From assembly GCA_977030845.1 (NCBI GenBank), contig OZ365118.1, positions 3,162,001 to 3,226,000 on the forward strand: DNA of 64,000 nt. The letters run 5' to 3'. Each line of letters opens with the position of its first letter. Positions within the stretch are counted from its first letter, which is position 1. Positions 36,070-48,800 of the stretch are shown here, piece by piece. The DNA is from Fimbriosthenelais zetlandica. Its lineage: Eukaryota. Both the position numbers and the translations under genes were made by a program. The notes beneath the pieces were generated by a model. The model searched no databases, had not been told where the DNA came from, and saw only the letters and a program-made list of their open reading frames with translations.

Positions 36070-37603
36070 GAAATACCCTCATTGTCTATTTTGACGAGCA
36101 CTGGTCAGTGTATTCTGTATATTTTCTGATACCAGAATATGCTACGTTAGAAACATTATGGCATCGTTGGTCAGCAAGAAAATGTCTGGGTGGCCACTTA
36201 TCAGAATCCCTTTGATGTCATTGAATGGACATGATTGAATATCATTTTATAACATGACCAAATCGCCCCCCACATCTAATGTTAGCTAGGGCTGGTCCAG
36301 CCAGACCCTATAAGACCACTATGCCAGGACGATCTCTCTACCAGCGCTCAATCATTCCACACCTTCAAATAACATGTAAATTGCCCACAAATAAAACACG
36401 AGTAGCGCCCCTTCCAAATCATCAAACTTTACAAGTGTTCTCGGGCGCGGGCCAGAAGAAAACGATCTGGCAGGCGTTTCTTCCATTCTGCCCATCTATC
36501 AATTACTGGTGGGTATCGATCAGCAGGCAGGTTATCAAGGGTCACACGTGAAGATGGCGATCGATAAGCTAGCTGGTCAGATCTGTGCTGATCAGGATGA
36601 CGCCTTATCAGCCATGTCCTGCCAGCATCTCACTCATAGCGACCACCGTGTAAAGTCCTCATCACCGATGAACCACACTCTGGTATCTGTACATTTAGTA
36701 CACTCCAATCTGCCTTCTGTGCAGTGCTATACCCATGCTCCAAATTATGTACTGAAGTTTTTTTAAATATTGTAGTGCACAGGAAGTTTTGCTCTGCATT
36801 GGCATATTATTATCCGATGCCGCGAGTTTATGATATGGACTCCGGGGTAAAGTTGGGGAAGATTGGGTGTATCTGAATATTGGGTGATATTGATAAATGT
36901 TACTTTTGTCCATTTTAGTGCAAAATGCTTGCTTAAAATTTCTACCAGGAAATTACAAAGTAATATGGCGCCTGGAGAAAGGGCCTCAGATCTAGAATGA
37001 AATAGAATGTGAATTAAAGCCTATCTATTAATCATTACATCACTGCATAGATGATCGAAAATCATTTCAAACTGGGCTGAAATTTACAGAAAAACTAGAG
37101 AATGAGCGGAGAGATGTAATAGTGAGAGGCATGAGAGGCATGGATTGACTGGCCGCCTCCTCCACCATTGATAACCAGTATAATCATCCCCCACAAATGC
37201 CTTTTAATTTCACCAACTCCGACTCAAAAGACGCGGGATGGAAAAGTGGAAAGTTTCCGCCAGTGAATTGACTGAATTTGCCGCATTAAGCCAGCTATTC
37301 AGGAAACTTCGCACCTCCGAATGAATCCATTTTTAAGAAGTCGCTAAGAAATATTTGCTTGGATATTTTACCCACGAAGGCGGATCTCGCTGAGCGACAA
37401 CAACACTGAGTCGTGAGTCGGTGAAAATTCATAACTGCATGAAGCTTGGTGGAGGGGAGAGTTTTGAGGAGGGAGATTGAAGATTGAAGTTAACATGGAA
37501 TGGTTGGGACGCGGTGATCTGAGTGATGTATAATGTGGGGGAGTGGGAGCGATAAGGCGATAAGACGAGACCTAACTGGTGGCTAGCTCTTCATCATAGA
37601 GCA

Positions 37604-37649
37604 CCCTCACTATAGCCATCCCTCACTATAGCCATCCCTCACTATAGGG
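37604..37649. repeat. 16-bp tandem repeat (CCCTCACTATAGCCAT) x about 2.9
   Basis: Read directly. Confidence 0.95.
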
Positions 37650-40088
37650 TAGTTCCACTAGATTTCATATCTCCCCAGTTTATCACTGGCAGTGGCAGTC
37701 TTGCCAGTGTGGCTGGCATTCTTGCCAGTGTTGCATTGCACTGGCATTTCCCCTTGCCTCAACTTCTGCAATTTTTTCCCCGCAACTGCTGCATATGCCA
37801 CAAATGCAATAGCACTATACTAGCTTGCTATTTGTGGCTAAATTGTACTCTTTTTGCGAGTGATCCTGATTCTGTGTCACTTCAAAGTGGCCTGAAGATG
37901 CGGTAATCGAGGCTGGACAATCGTAAGACTCGCAAGGCAAAAATCCAGTGAATCTGCCCTATTGCCAGATCCCTCCCACCCACCCACTGTCAATATGATA
38001 GCATTCATATACTTGACATAAAGTAATCCAAGCTTGCTCACTATTTCCCTCCAATTTACAGTTAATGAAGTTATTTCATCCCGCTAACCCCGGTAATGGA
38101 TATGTCAGGTGATGTGATTGTCAGGAGGCCCATCTAGCAGGTCAATATCTAATATGATAAAAGCCGGCAAGCAATCCCTCCGTGAAATTCACTCAATGTG
38201 AAAAATAACCATTGTTCACTCAAGGATCGCCTTGCACGCCACGGCGACTAAATCACCACAACATTTACTATCCCCAGTCAACAGTATATTGGAGGTTTTC
38301 TCCGTGGAAAATAACCAATTAAAACTATTTTTCTTCTTTATGACACATAAAAATGTCTCGAAGCGTTTTGGTATCTCTTCAAGTTCTGTGTTTTGGAAAC
38401 TTGGCCTTGAAATATCCAGACTATGGAATTCCCATATCACCATGCCTTACTCTTGAGGCATCATCTGCTAACATTTAATAGTATTTTAGATTAATTAAAA
38501 ATATATGTAATGATAAGCTAGACCTTTCTCCCTTTCCCTATATAATATATAAAGTGGTCGATTTCACATCAGATTGTGAGAAGAAACCATTGATTATGCA
38601 TTATTATTATTCTGCCTATTCAAATCATTGATTGGTCATAATATATAGGGCTAAAATCCTTGACCCATTGAGTATCAGATCCTAGTACTATGTCGATTAC
38701 ATAGTTATACTCAATAGAACCCGGTTAGATCGCCTTCTTGACTCCATTCATTTCAGACCAGTCCATTTATATGAGAGCTTTATGATTGGATCAGTACATA
38801 GTAAGAGACCTCAGTATTGTCTGAGATTACTAAGTGAGATTACCAATGGATTTACCATTGAACTTCATATATAAGCCCTCTTCACACTAAGCCAGTAAGT
38901 ACCATTAATATAACACATCATTCATTAGTATGCATCCATCAGTGAACTGGAGGGATGAACTAAGTGAAGTGAAGGCACTGTGTCCCACCTTTCCCTCATT
39001 CATTTCTACCTGCTTGCTTCAGTTCAGGGCTGTTGTCTTTCATTAGACCCATTTGGAATGATTCTGGTCCATGTTTCTATTCCGGGTCGTCCAATATTGA
39101 GTACAGGCGAGATAGTTGTTTGCTACATCTGTTAAAGTACTGTGCAGACCTGGGCTCATTTGTTATTTCCAATGATTAATGAATGCCTTGCTTTCCCAGA
39201 AAACTCGTAAAGTTCAATTTATGTTTCCTAATATTTTCAGTTATTTTGTGAAGGCGATATTTGATTTTTGTCAAATTTTGATCATTCTGGTTTTTTTTAT
39301 TGAAAAAGTCCCCAATCACTCCCTCATTCATGTTTTCCTAACATAATATCAAAGACCAGCCATGCCTCACACTCTCTGTGGTGAGAGGCATGTAGCAGAA
39401 CAACTGCTCATATTCAAAAAGAGCTGACCATTATGTGCCGACAGCGTGTTTTCTACTCATCCATATAGTAGGAACTGCTGACTGAACGTTAAACAGATTT
39501 CACAGGTTTCTTGCTCCACTTTACGGTAGATAAAGTTTCACAGTGACTATTAGTATGCCGGTCTGAACCTATACCAACCAAGCGTGGCATATTGATGGTT
39601 CTCACTGTTGACTTACCTGATTACTGAGGACACCACATGTCGTGGATTTACACGACTTAACCAAAAAACAAACCTTCCCACCCCCCTACACACCCCCACT
39701 GTTCACAGCTCCCAAGTCTCCCACCCTATGAAAAATACTCATGCCTCAAATCATTTCCTAATAATTCAGTAGGACAAAAATAGTTTTAGATCTAAAGATG
39801 ATTCCAAACCTACCTAGAAACTAGTGGGTAATTAACTAGAAACATCCAGTAATCCTAAATCCTCATATTAAGATGAGATTGAATTATAAAATTCATCTTG
39901 TGAGGTGTTTTATGGGTGTCTGTTTGATGGGACAGATGCTGCTTGTGATGTGAATGAGTTGGTGTGCTGATTAATTAAATCCTGTGTTAAAATTATTGTT
40001 GGGGAGACTTCTCTTACAGGGGGAGCTAATCATACAGCCTGATCCCCTACAAAACTCAGGTCATTGTCCTGTATTATTTCCTCAAATC

Positions 40089-40286
40089 TAAAGGTGGGAC
40101 TCCACTGATATGATTCTGCTTGCGACACTACTGCGACAGCGCTGTTGCTTGTGTCGCAATGAAAATTGTACCAGTGGAGGATAACCTTAAGTTCTTGGAC
40201 ACTTATACCACAATTCATAAATTTTATTGCGACACAAAGGTCACCTTTGTTGCAAGCAAAATCACAGCAGTGGAGTCCCACCTTTA
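40089..40286. mobile_element. About 198-bp MITE with terminal inverted repeats (Kolobok-like ends)
   Basis: Perfect 19-bp inverted repeat TAAAGGTGGGACTCCACTG (40089-40107) / CAGTGGAGTCCCACCTTTA (40268-40286), extending imperfectly to about 39 bp. Internal palindrome TTGCGACAC...GTGTCGCAA. Flanks ctaa|AGGT...ACCT|ttat fit a decayed TTAA target site with purine-purine termini. Confidence 0.8.
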
Positions 40287-41205
40287 TATATTTCAAGAAT
40301 TTCCATTTTTGCTGATCCTTATATAAGATTCATCAGTGAAGTCTCTGAGAAGCTTATCTGATGATGGAATTGAAGATAGAGTTGTATTGTAACGCGGGAT
40401 AAGCTCAGATGTACTGTCTTTGTGAGTGTCGCGGGCGGTGTGTGGGACTGACACTTGAACCATTATGTTGTCAGGGTATGAGAGATGTCTGATATATACC
40501 TGGGTCGTATCATGAATACTTAAACCTCTATTTCCTCGCGCCTGTCTAACTTGACAAAGGCAGACTTTTCTTTGTGATCTCCTTAATACCGCCTCCCTTT
40601 TCGCGCTTAATTCCAACTTTTATCCGCCTCCTCGATACATTTTCCGGGGATAATATCGGTTGTAAAAGTTTAAGATTTATACAAGTTGGACTGAGGACGA
40701 TGATAAAGGCTTGGTGGCTGATATATCATGTTACCATTGATAACCGTTATCTTGATGGCCAGATACCAGCTGCTTCCTGCTCCAATTTTAAAAATGAAAT
40801 CTATGGAGCTGAGAATTAAAAATGACATTTAAAATGGTAACATATTCAAAGCGATGGATCCAGATGGATCCCGACCCCACACCCCTATTTTTCTTCTCTT
40901 TTTGGGAGATGAATTTTGTTGTTCAGATAGTAAATTTGGAGGTAGTCTTGAACCATACCCCCTTTTCTTATATGTCTCACCCAACCCCGTCCTAATTCCG
41001 GGATCAATTCCTGACTCTAGGAAGGTAAAATACAATGTCAGTGAACTCCGTTCTAGCAGAATGCATGGCCTCGGCCTGGGGTCAGGTATCCGCTCTCTTG
41101 TTGGCAGGAATTAGCCTGCCCGGTCATAAAGTGGGATGAGTTGGTCTCATGTTAGGAATGAGAAGCAGGTAAAATGAGTCGCCTGTTTGTGGAGGCTCGG
41201 GGCTA

Positions 41206-41233
41206 GGCGTACCGGGGCGTACTGGGGCGTACC
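41206..41233. repeat. 10-bp tandem repeat (GGCGTACYGG) x3
   Basis: GGCGTAC at 41206, 41216 and 41226. Confidence 0.85.
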
Positions 41234-42410
41234 TTTAAGACGTACCACAGTAAGATGGGCGTGACATGACCAGTCGTGCTTCAAATCAAACATGGCGTCT
41301 CCAGGTGTGAATAGATAGGTTTACATACATACCATTAACGATTACACCTATACCATGCTGTACTAACTACTGCAGCAACTATATCTTCTTAACATATTAT
41401 TTCAGATGGACTTTTCTGTTCCATTTGTCTCTATATACAGTATTTACCAAGACATTTCATAGAGAATTTAGAAACAATGTCCATATTGACTATTGCATCA
41501 GCTATATATTAGGTCAGGAGAAGTGTGAATTTTCCCCTTAATAATATATTTCAAAAGGACTTTCAAACAGAGATAGTTATAGAGAAGATTTACAAGTTTG
41601 ACAGTTGGTTATATGATTGGAGTATTCGGGAGTCATTTGTGAACGAATTGCATAATGCAATACAATTTTTGATACAATACTTGATTAAATCTTGGATGGA
41701 GATAACAGTGGAACATGAAAGCGTGTCATTGTAATATTGAGCTTGATGATTTGTCAATGATTCACGACTTGAGCTGTAAGGAGATGAGGGTGTCAATACG
41801 GCAGCTATAGATCTCATTGTGATTAGTGCACACTTGGACTTTTTGAGGAAATCCGAATCAATTCCTGGAATGTGATAGACGCTGAATGTTTTATCTCAAT
41901 TGAAGATAACCCTCTCTTATCTCCCCTGCCCCACCCACCACCAAATACACCCCAACTGATGCCGTTTCATATCGATTCAGAAAATTCATGCCATTCAAAG
42001 GGCCTGTTGCATAATAGAGATGGATTATATTATCTGTATAACAGGTCCTTTATGGTTTGAAGCAGGACCTGTTTACTGTTTCATAAACCTTCAAAATCCC
42101 CTTTCAATTTATACCTGAATGGGAAGAATTTACTAGGGCAGGTGTGATATGAACCTGAAAGTAAGTGATATTGTGGCATACATTTTCAATCTTAAGACTG
42201 CAATTAACTGCTGCGACACCTCTGTGACATATCGCAACCGTATCGCAGCAACAATCGCAGCGGTAAAGGACAAGCATTACTATGTCAATGTTTCGCATAT
42301 TTATTATGAAATAGGGCGCACCTGGCGCTGATCATACATTGTGTTATTGTAAACTGATGAGTGAAGTCTCAAGTCACCGTACGTGGGTCTATACGCTCAA
42401 ACAATCACCC

Positions 42411-42452
42411 AAACATCAGTCAACAAACACACAAACATCAGTCAACAAACAC
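42411..42452. repeat. 22-bp tandem duplication AAACATCAGTCAACAAACAC(AC)
   Basis: Read directly. Confidence 0.9.
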
Positions 42453-42639
42453 CACTCATCCCAGCCCTCCTGCTCCAAAAACTCAAGTCACCATGCCCGC
42501 AGACAGCCCAGCTTTACATGCTACCAATGTTTGTCTCTGTTTGTCACAAACAAGTTTTAATCAGATTTGTAAACTGGAGTGTGTGGGGATGTGCTTAAGT
42601 GTGTTCTGTTCTTCATCTCAAAGACACGTGGCTAAATAG

Positions 42640-42840
42640 AGTGATGGAGAGAGGTTAGGGATGAGGGGACAAAGAGAAGGTGAGAGGGGAGAGATAGAGG
42701 GAGAGGAGGGGAGAAGTGGAGGGATATAGAGGGAGAGAGAAGGAGAGGGGGAAGGGACGGAGATAGAGATAGAGGGAGAGATGGGGATGAGAATAAGTGG
42801 GGAGAAGGAGATTAAGATGGACAAAGAGGCAGAGAGATAT
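42640..42840. repeat. Polypurine (GA-rich) low-complexity tract
   Basis: GAG/GGA/AGA-rich run, nearly pyrimidine-free. Confidence 0.9.
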
Positions 42841-45800
42841 TTATCTTTAAGAGGCGAAGATTATTTTATGAAAAGCCCAGTAATCATCGGGTTGTTTATC
42901 ACATAACATTTTATTTCCAAAGAAATGCTACTCCACTCAAAAGCCTTGTGCAATGACCAATTTAAGGGTACTCCAGTTTCAGCTTAAAACTTCTATCATA
43001 TTCCTCCAAATGGCGGGCTGAAATAGGCCTCGTTACAGTAAAACGCTCTCACCATCTCCCTTTATTACGTTAAGAGGACATTATGAAATGGGAGAGGTGT
43101 GAGTGGGCTATAGGATCTATAAGAAGCGAGTGAGAGAGGAGTAAGTAGTATATGGAAATGGAGCATGTACGGAGGGCAATTTTGGTTCTAAAGTAGCCAC
43201 TTAGAAGAATATAGAGGGGAAATGTAGCAGGTTTCGTGGCCATAGCTTATATCAGCCATATCAGAAGGCTGGAGAAAAGGTTGTAATCAAGCCTGGCCTC
43301 TTAATACATATTCCCAGGCGTGAGGCCCGAGTTTTATATATTTGATCCTGCTTATTTGCAAATGTAAATATACCAATAGTGTTCATAGTTTGTCAGGAAA
43401 TTGGCCCTCAGTAAGGCAGTCCGGGCTGAGATGTGTTCCTCCCTTTATATGTATACGAGCAAATTCACACTTTAAATATATTCTCCAGAAGGTCTTGAGT
43501 TGGGCCATATAATTATAAAAGAGAGCCATGGGATATACGTCAGATTTAAAGTGAATTATGCTCGAACTTGTCTCTGAAATTCAATCATTGTGTTCTATGA
43601 TTTATATCCAGATTTATTCTGATAGTTCACAAAGTGTGTTTCATTTATCAACTGACTTTGCAGATTATATAACTTTACTCTGACTGTTGGTGAAGAGACT
43701 GCTATCAGCGCCTCTTGAAGTGATGTCAAAGCCCTCCGTCCTTCCTCCCACCCCTTTAATCCCCCCTACACACACCAGAAGGGTGGAACTCTGATCAAAA
43801 GTTCCCCAGGTGTCAGAAAACTTGACAGAGAATCAGTCTTAAATCAAAACCTGTAATTAGAGCCATATAATCAGGCGGTGGACGGGGGCGGGGAGACAGG
43901 GAGACAGAGAGACAGAGATGTAATGAGTCGAGGGTTGGTGACAGTTGATGTGGGGAGTGCGTGACCCTGGTGGTGACCTGGGTGTGACAGTACAGGCGTG
44001 ATGTTACACACCTTGTGTGAGAGTGACAGTCACATTGCCTTTACTCTCTGATCCTAACTCACACATGTATAATTAATGTGGGGGGTTGGGGGACCATTGG
44101 TCGCTTTACCATCTGGTCCTATGCCAGGGGATGATCTCAAAATAAATTTATAAACATTACATAAAGCAATATTTTACTGATTAAACAGACTGGTTTGCAG
44201 ACAAGAAAATAGGATAAAATCATCCCGAATGACTTGAATGTCTTGATTAAATTAGCTTAGTATTTTGAATTTGGTTATTTTGGTTTGGGAGTTTCAGGAT
44301 TAAGATAAGTTGAGTAATTCAGTGTCAGAACTCATGAACCAGAGATACAACATCCTCCAGGGTTTTCTATGAAACATGCCCCTTTTATTGGTGGCGCCCT
44401 GTGAGGATTCTCCCCCACTATTAGCACTATCAGTGTGACGCGTTCTACATACTAATTTACAGACATGAAAATGTCACATATCTACCATCTATACACTCCG
44501 CCCAAAACCACCATAAACGTACTATCCTCTCACAGGCTTCTGTACTTTCACTTTTTGTTCAAAATGTCAATTCCATACCTGTGATCTTGCCTAATTTTGT
44601 GAGGATTTTTTTGACAACAATTTTCATTTACGAAGGAGTTATTCTGGAGTTCTGTTAATGACACAATTCCTCTTCCTGTATGTAATCAAGACATGTATAT
44701 CCTCATGTGATGTGGATGGGGGTGAATTTTAATGAGCATGGATGGCATAATTACCCATATATATAACCGGCAATATTTCGCCTCATGAGAAGTGTGTTTT
44801 TGTGTATAATGTTAAGCATATAGCGCAGTGGTAGCCATTAACACTAGTTCTGCCGCGGAATACTGTGTGGCAGTCATTAAACATTTACCACTTCACGTCA
44901 GGAATTTGGTCTGCAAACTGATTTTTTGCCGCACCATCTTATCCGCCAGTTTTATTTTGCTGGCGGTAGGAGTCGCTGGGGGTGGGTGAAGGGTTGACTG
45001 GAGCGCCACCCTCCGCCACTTCCCCTCAACACAAAGAGACAATAGCCCCCAACACGTGTCACACCCAATATTCCACACCCCACTTTTTCAGATGGAATAT
45101 TCATAAGGCTCTTACTTGCCCGACTTTGATCCATTTTGCCATTAGAGGAAGAGAGAGGAGGAGAAGTTTTCCTCTCGCCGAGTTTTCTCTGAATCTTTAA
45201 AAGAAAGGAAGGCCTGGAGATGTGGGAAGCCTGGGTGGATACCGTCATAATTGAGATATCAGATATTGACGGTGAGAATGATGGATGGAGGCCATTTCTT
45301 AGGTAAAATGGGAATTTAACCTGTCTTTTTCCCTCTCAGCTCAAGCCATGCAAGCCTTCACTCTTCTTTGTCATAAAATGTCCGTATATAAAATACCCCG
45401 TGCACCCTTTGCCTGTTTGCTGTGATGAATGAGTTTCATTTCTGGGATATAATCAAGTTCACGCTTGATTCCTTAATTAGTTGGTCCCGCCCGTGAATTA
45501 ACTCCTAATTCCATCAATTAAATCCCCGTGCCATCCTCGCACATGAGGGATTTGTCTGCGATCCGTGGCACGCCGAATCCTGAGGCAGCGGCAGCCAGCG
45601 AGAGGAGGCCTTGAATTAAGGCAGGAGGTGGGAATTGGGAATGAAGGAAGGTGATTGTTTTTATATGAAATATTGTATCATATCCCGAATTTGGATTATC
45701 TAGAAGCTCTACCATGGCACGGTGGTGTAGTGGTTAATCTAGTTATGTTAGAAATGTCCTCACTCCGGGATTAGTGGGGTATAAAATATAGAGATAATTA

Positions 45801-48800
45801 TAGTGATGTCATAATCGTTATATCCTTTAATCAATATACATTCTTATCCACATAAAGTCAATGGATTATAATTATATTCCTTGATCAGTGATCAGTGCCT
45901 TTACCAGCCATAACTTGATCTTGAATCCTAACCATCAGCAATTTGAAAAATGCATATCCTTAATGTGTCTTAGTGAAAAATGTTCAACATGTTTTATTTG
46001 TATTTGGATTAGTCTGAGTCTCTAATTACAGTGTAATTTTGAAAAAAGGAACATAAAAATTTCTGTTTTCTAACCCTACAAATCAACAGCATCCTCCCCA
46101 TATCATATGATAATTGAATGCCACCAGTTTCATTCCATTTTATGATAAATAATTTTTCATTGACAGGATTTTAAAAACCCATGCCTGGCTTTACACAGAG
46201 CTTGTGAGTGACTGTCTTCTGGTCCGTGCCTGCCGTGAGGATAACACCGTCAGACATAGGCTTGTAATATAAGAAAAAAAAACCTCCTAATGGAAGAATA
46301 ACAATGAAAAACCATATAAATCTCCGGTGGCAAGCCATTCTAGCTCAAAAACCTCCCCAATGACCCACTTAGGTTTTATACTGTATTCAAAGAACGCTAA
46401 GAGAATATATAGGCTTCCCTGGTTGATCGTATGTATGTAGCATATATTAATTTAATAATCTTTGATTTGCATGTGAACTATTAGAGGCTATTCACACTGT
46501 GGGTGCCGGTATTATGAATCAATCTGGGAGTGTTGAATCTCAGAGTACACGTTTGTACGTGTAAAAAGTGGCTGTAGCAAGGATAGAGCCAGTCAGTGTT
46601 GTTAGGAGTGCTGATAGGTTCCCTCATTACCCGGGCTATTTCCACGTCTTTAGGAATTGGTTCTATCATCCAGAATAGATTGATATAGTCTTTGGGAGGT
46701 ATAAGGCGGGTAGGAGGAGCTGGAGGGGATGTGGGGGCGGGGGTGGGGTGGGGGGGGGGGTATGTGGGGGGCGGGGGGTATGTCTGAGAACTATATGGCC
46801 GTCATTATCATGCACACTTGTTCCCAGAGGAAATCTCCAGTAATGAAACGTCAGGGTGACAGAGATAGAAATCCCTGAGGTTAAAGTGCTAATAGTCCAC
46901 TTGGCGAACCCTGATGAATGTACTTTTATAAGGAAGGACGTAGAGAAAAGCAATTTCAAATCCAAATCTCCCATCAATCTGTGATGCGTGCGGCTATATT
47001 CGCGGCCACCCACTCTGAAGGTAAATTCGCATCCCCCACCCCTCACCTAAAGCACCATTGAATCCATCACGTTTGGAAAAATCCTGCTCATTTGACACGT
47101 CTGGGCAAACGAGGGAGAATAGAGATTTATTGTCATTTGATATATATGTGTTTTTATTCCCTAAGCATATGTATGGGGGATATATGAGGATACCAGAGGT
47201 AAAGTGATAGCAGAGTTAGAGGGGCGCATCCATCCTCTCTGTCATACTGATTACCTATAGTCTGGCTCATTAAACAGGGCACGAGTATTACCACATATTC
47301 CTCCCAGGTCATCTGTGTATTGTCATGTGACTGGCCTAAAATATCAGGTTAGAAATCTAAATCCTTGCATCTGCTTTAAAAAAGAAAATTAGCAAAGATC
47401 GTGACTATAGGCCATATTTTTTAACATGTTCTGCTTTTACCATAATAGCTTATATAGATATACAGAAACCTGACATCATTATCGATCATATATATAGAAT
47501 TAGCCTGAATATTTACATTTCATTTTGACAGCTTATTAATGGCTGAGAGTTCAATGAACTATGTAACAGCTGAGTTATCTATACATTTTGGGCGTGTCTC
47601 GTACAGATCAGACATTTGAAGACCAAACAGTTTTTTTTCTCATTTTGTTTTATATGACAAATGAGACATATACATAGATCTAAGTTGTGTTCAGTCTGAT
47701 CAAAGTCTTTCTTTATGTTAAAAATCAAAGAAAATGTAAAGAAGTTTCTATGACAGATGAGGGAGATGTACATTTTCTAATGCTGTGAAATATGAACCTT
47801 GTCCTCTCTTACGTCCCTTCTTTCCCCTCAGCCTCTCTGCTTTCCCCATCAACTTGGACCAAAAAAATTGTAGAAGAAACATGCGATGGAATGTTTATGC
47901 TCGCATAACATGGAAGATGAAAATGATTGTGTCTTATCAGTGGCCCCAGGCGGCACTTCTTCATTATGCCGCCAGCTCTCTCTGAGTGCTTGTGTCACAG
48001 AAATCTCAGTTTTAACTTTGCTTCTCAAGTCCTCCATAGTCCTCCATTGTGCCTGCATAATGAAGGCCTCACAATGGAGAGATTCCGCTCCATTTTAAGC
48101 CGGGATTCCACTCAAGTGATTTCACAATCGACTCACTTCATTGCAAGTTACTTTTGGTTCATTTGTGGAATTAGTATTGAAAGTTATTGGAGTTTGATTA
48201 GACGTGTTTAGGTCCTAAAATGTAGGGGATTGATGCTCAGGGATTATAAATTGAACTAATCCCCATGAAGAAGGGCCATGAAAGTGACTTTTATGAATTT
48301 TGATTTCTTTATTCACGATTGCATTAACACTTTATTAGGAAACTTATAAATTCAGAAGGCCAGATTGTGCATATGGAATCTGCCACTGTTAGATAGCCAT
48401 TGCCCTTTCACTGAATAATTTGTGACCTTCAGTTCTTATGGCCCTTATACAAGTGACCCTCTGGGTCAAATATCAGGGCTCTCAGACAAGGCCTTACCTT
48501 GTGAAATCGGGCCAGTGTGAAGCGCCCATAACTTATCGTTTGGTTCATTGCTCTATGCAGGCGCACCACCACCACCAGTCTCTACCTAAATCCATCCAGG
48601 ATTTAATTGCAGAAAGAAGCCAAGGTTTTACACATACTCGCCAGCTTTACATTAAACATGGCTGTCTGCCGGTACACACAATTTATGGAACCACTTTTCT
48701 CAGCCTTTTCCCCGTAACTAAGTTGTGAGATAACGAAAGGACATTAGAGATCATAAAATAGGTATGATGCTCCATTGCTTGTCTCAGTAGATGGCGGCAG

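Noticed and set aside
37636-37649. CCCTCACTATAGGG resembling T7/T3 phage promoter ends (also CTCACTATAG near 20575)
   Set aside because: The upstream TAATACGA or AATTAA is missing, there is no vector context, and it is simply the last unit of a 16-bp tandem repeat. Not contamination.
37604-37649. Short direct-repeat arrays here and elsewhere as possible CRISPR arrays
   Set aside because: Units are head-to-tail with no unique spacers, there are no cas genes, and the context is eukaryotic.
40293-40616. 107-aa minus-strand ORF ending beside the MITE
   Set aside because: TTG start and no recognisable motifs; the upstream half looks like a TCF/homeodomain-site non-coding block.
45717-45740. tRNA/SINE-like A-box heads (also about 20050-20075 and 44830-44845; B-box-like GGTTTGAATTC near 22092)
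   Set aside because: A and B boxes never occur together at proper spacing and no cloverleaf can be built. At most these are scraps of old SINEs.
46666-47046. 126-aa minus-strand ORF with proline-rich end
   Set aside because: Open largely because of a G-tract; low complexity and no domain.
47785-48211. Several overlapping ORFs on both strands
   Set aside because: None is recognisable and none has a matched acceptor/donor pair in frame; consistent with local stop-codon paucity.
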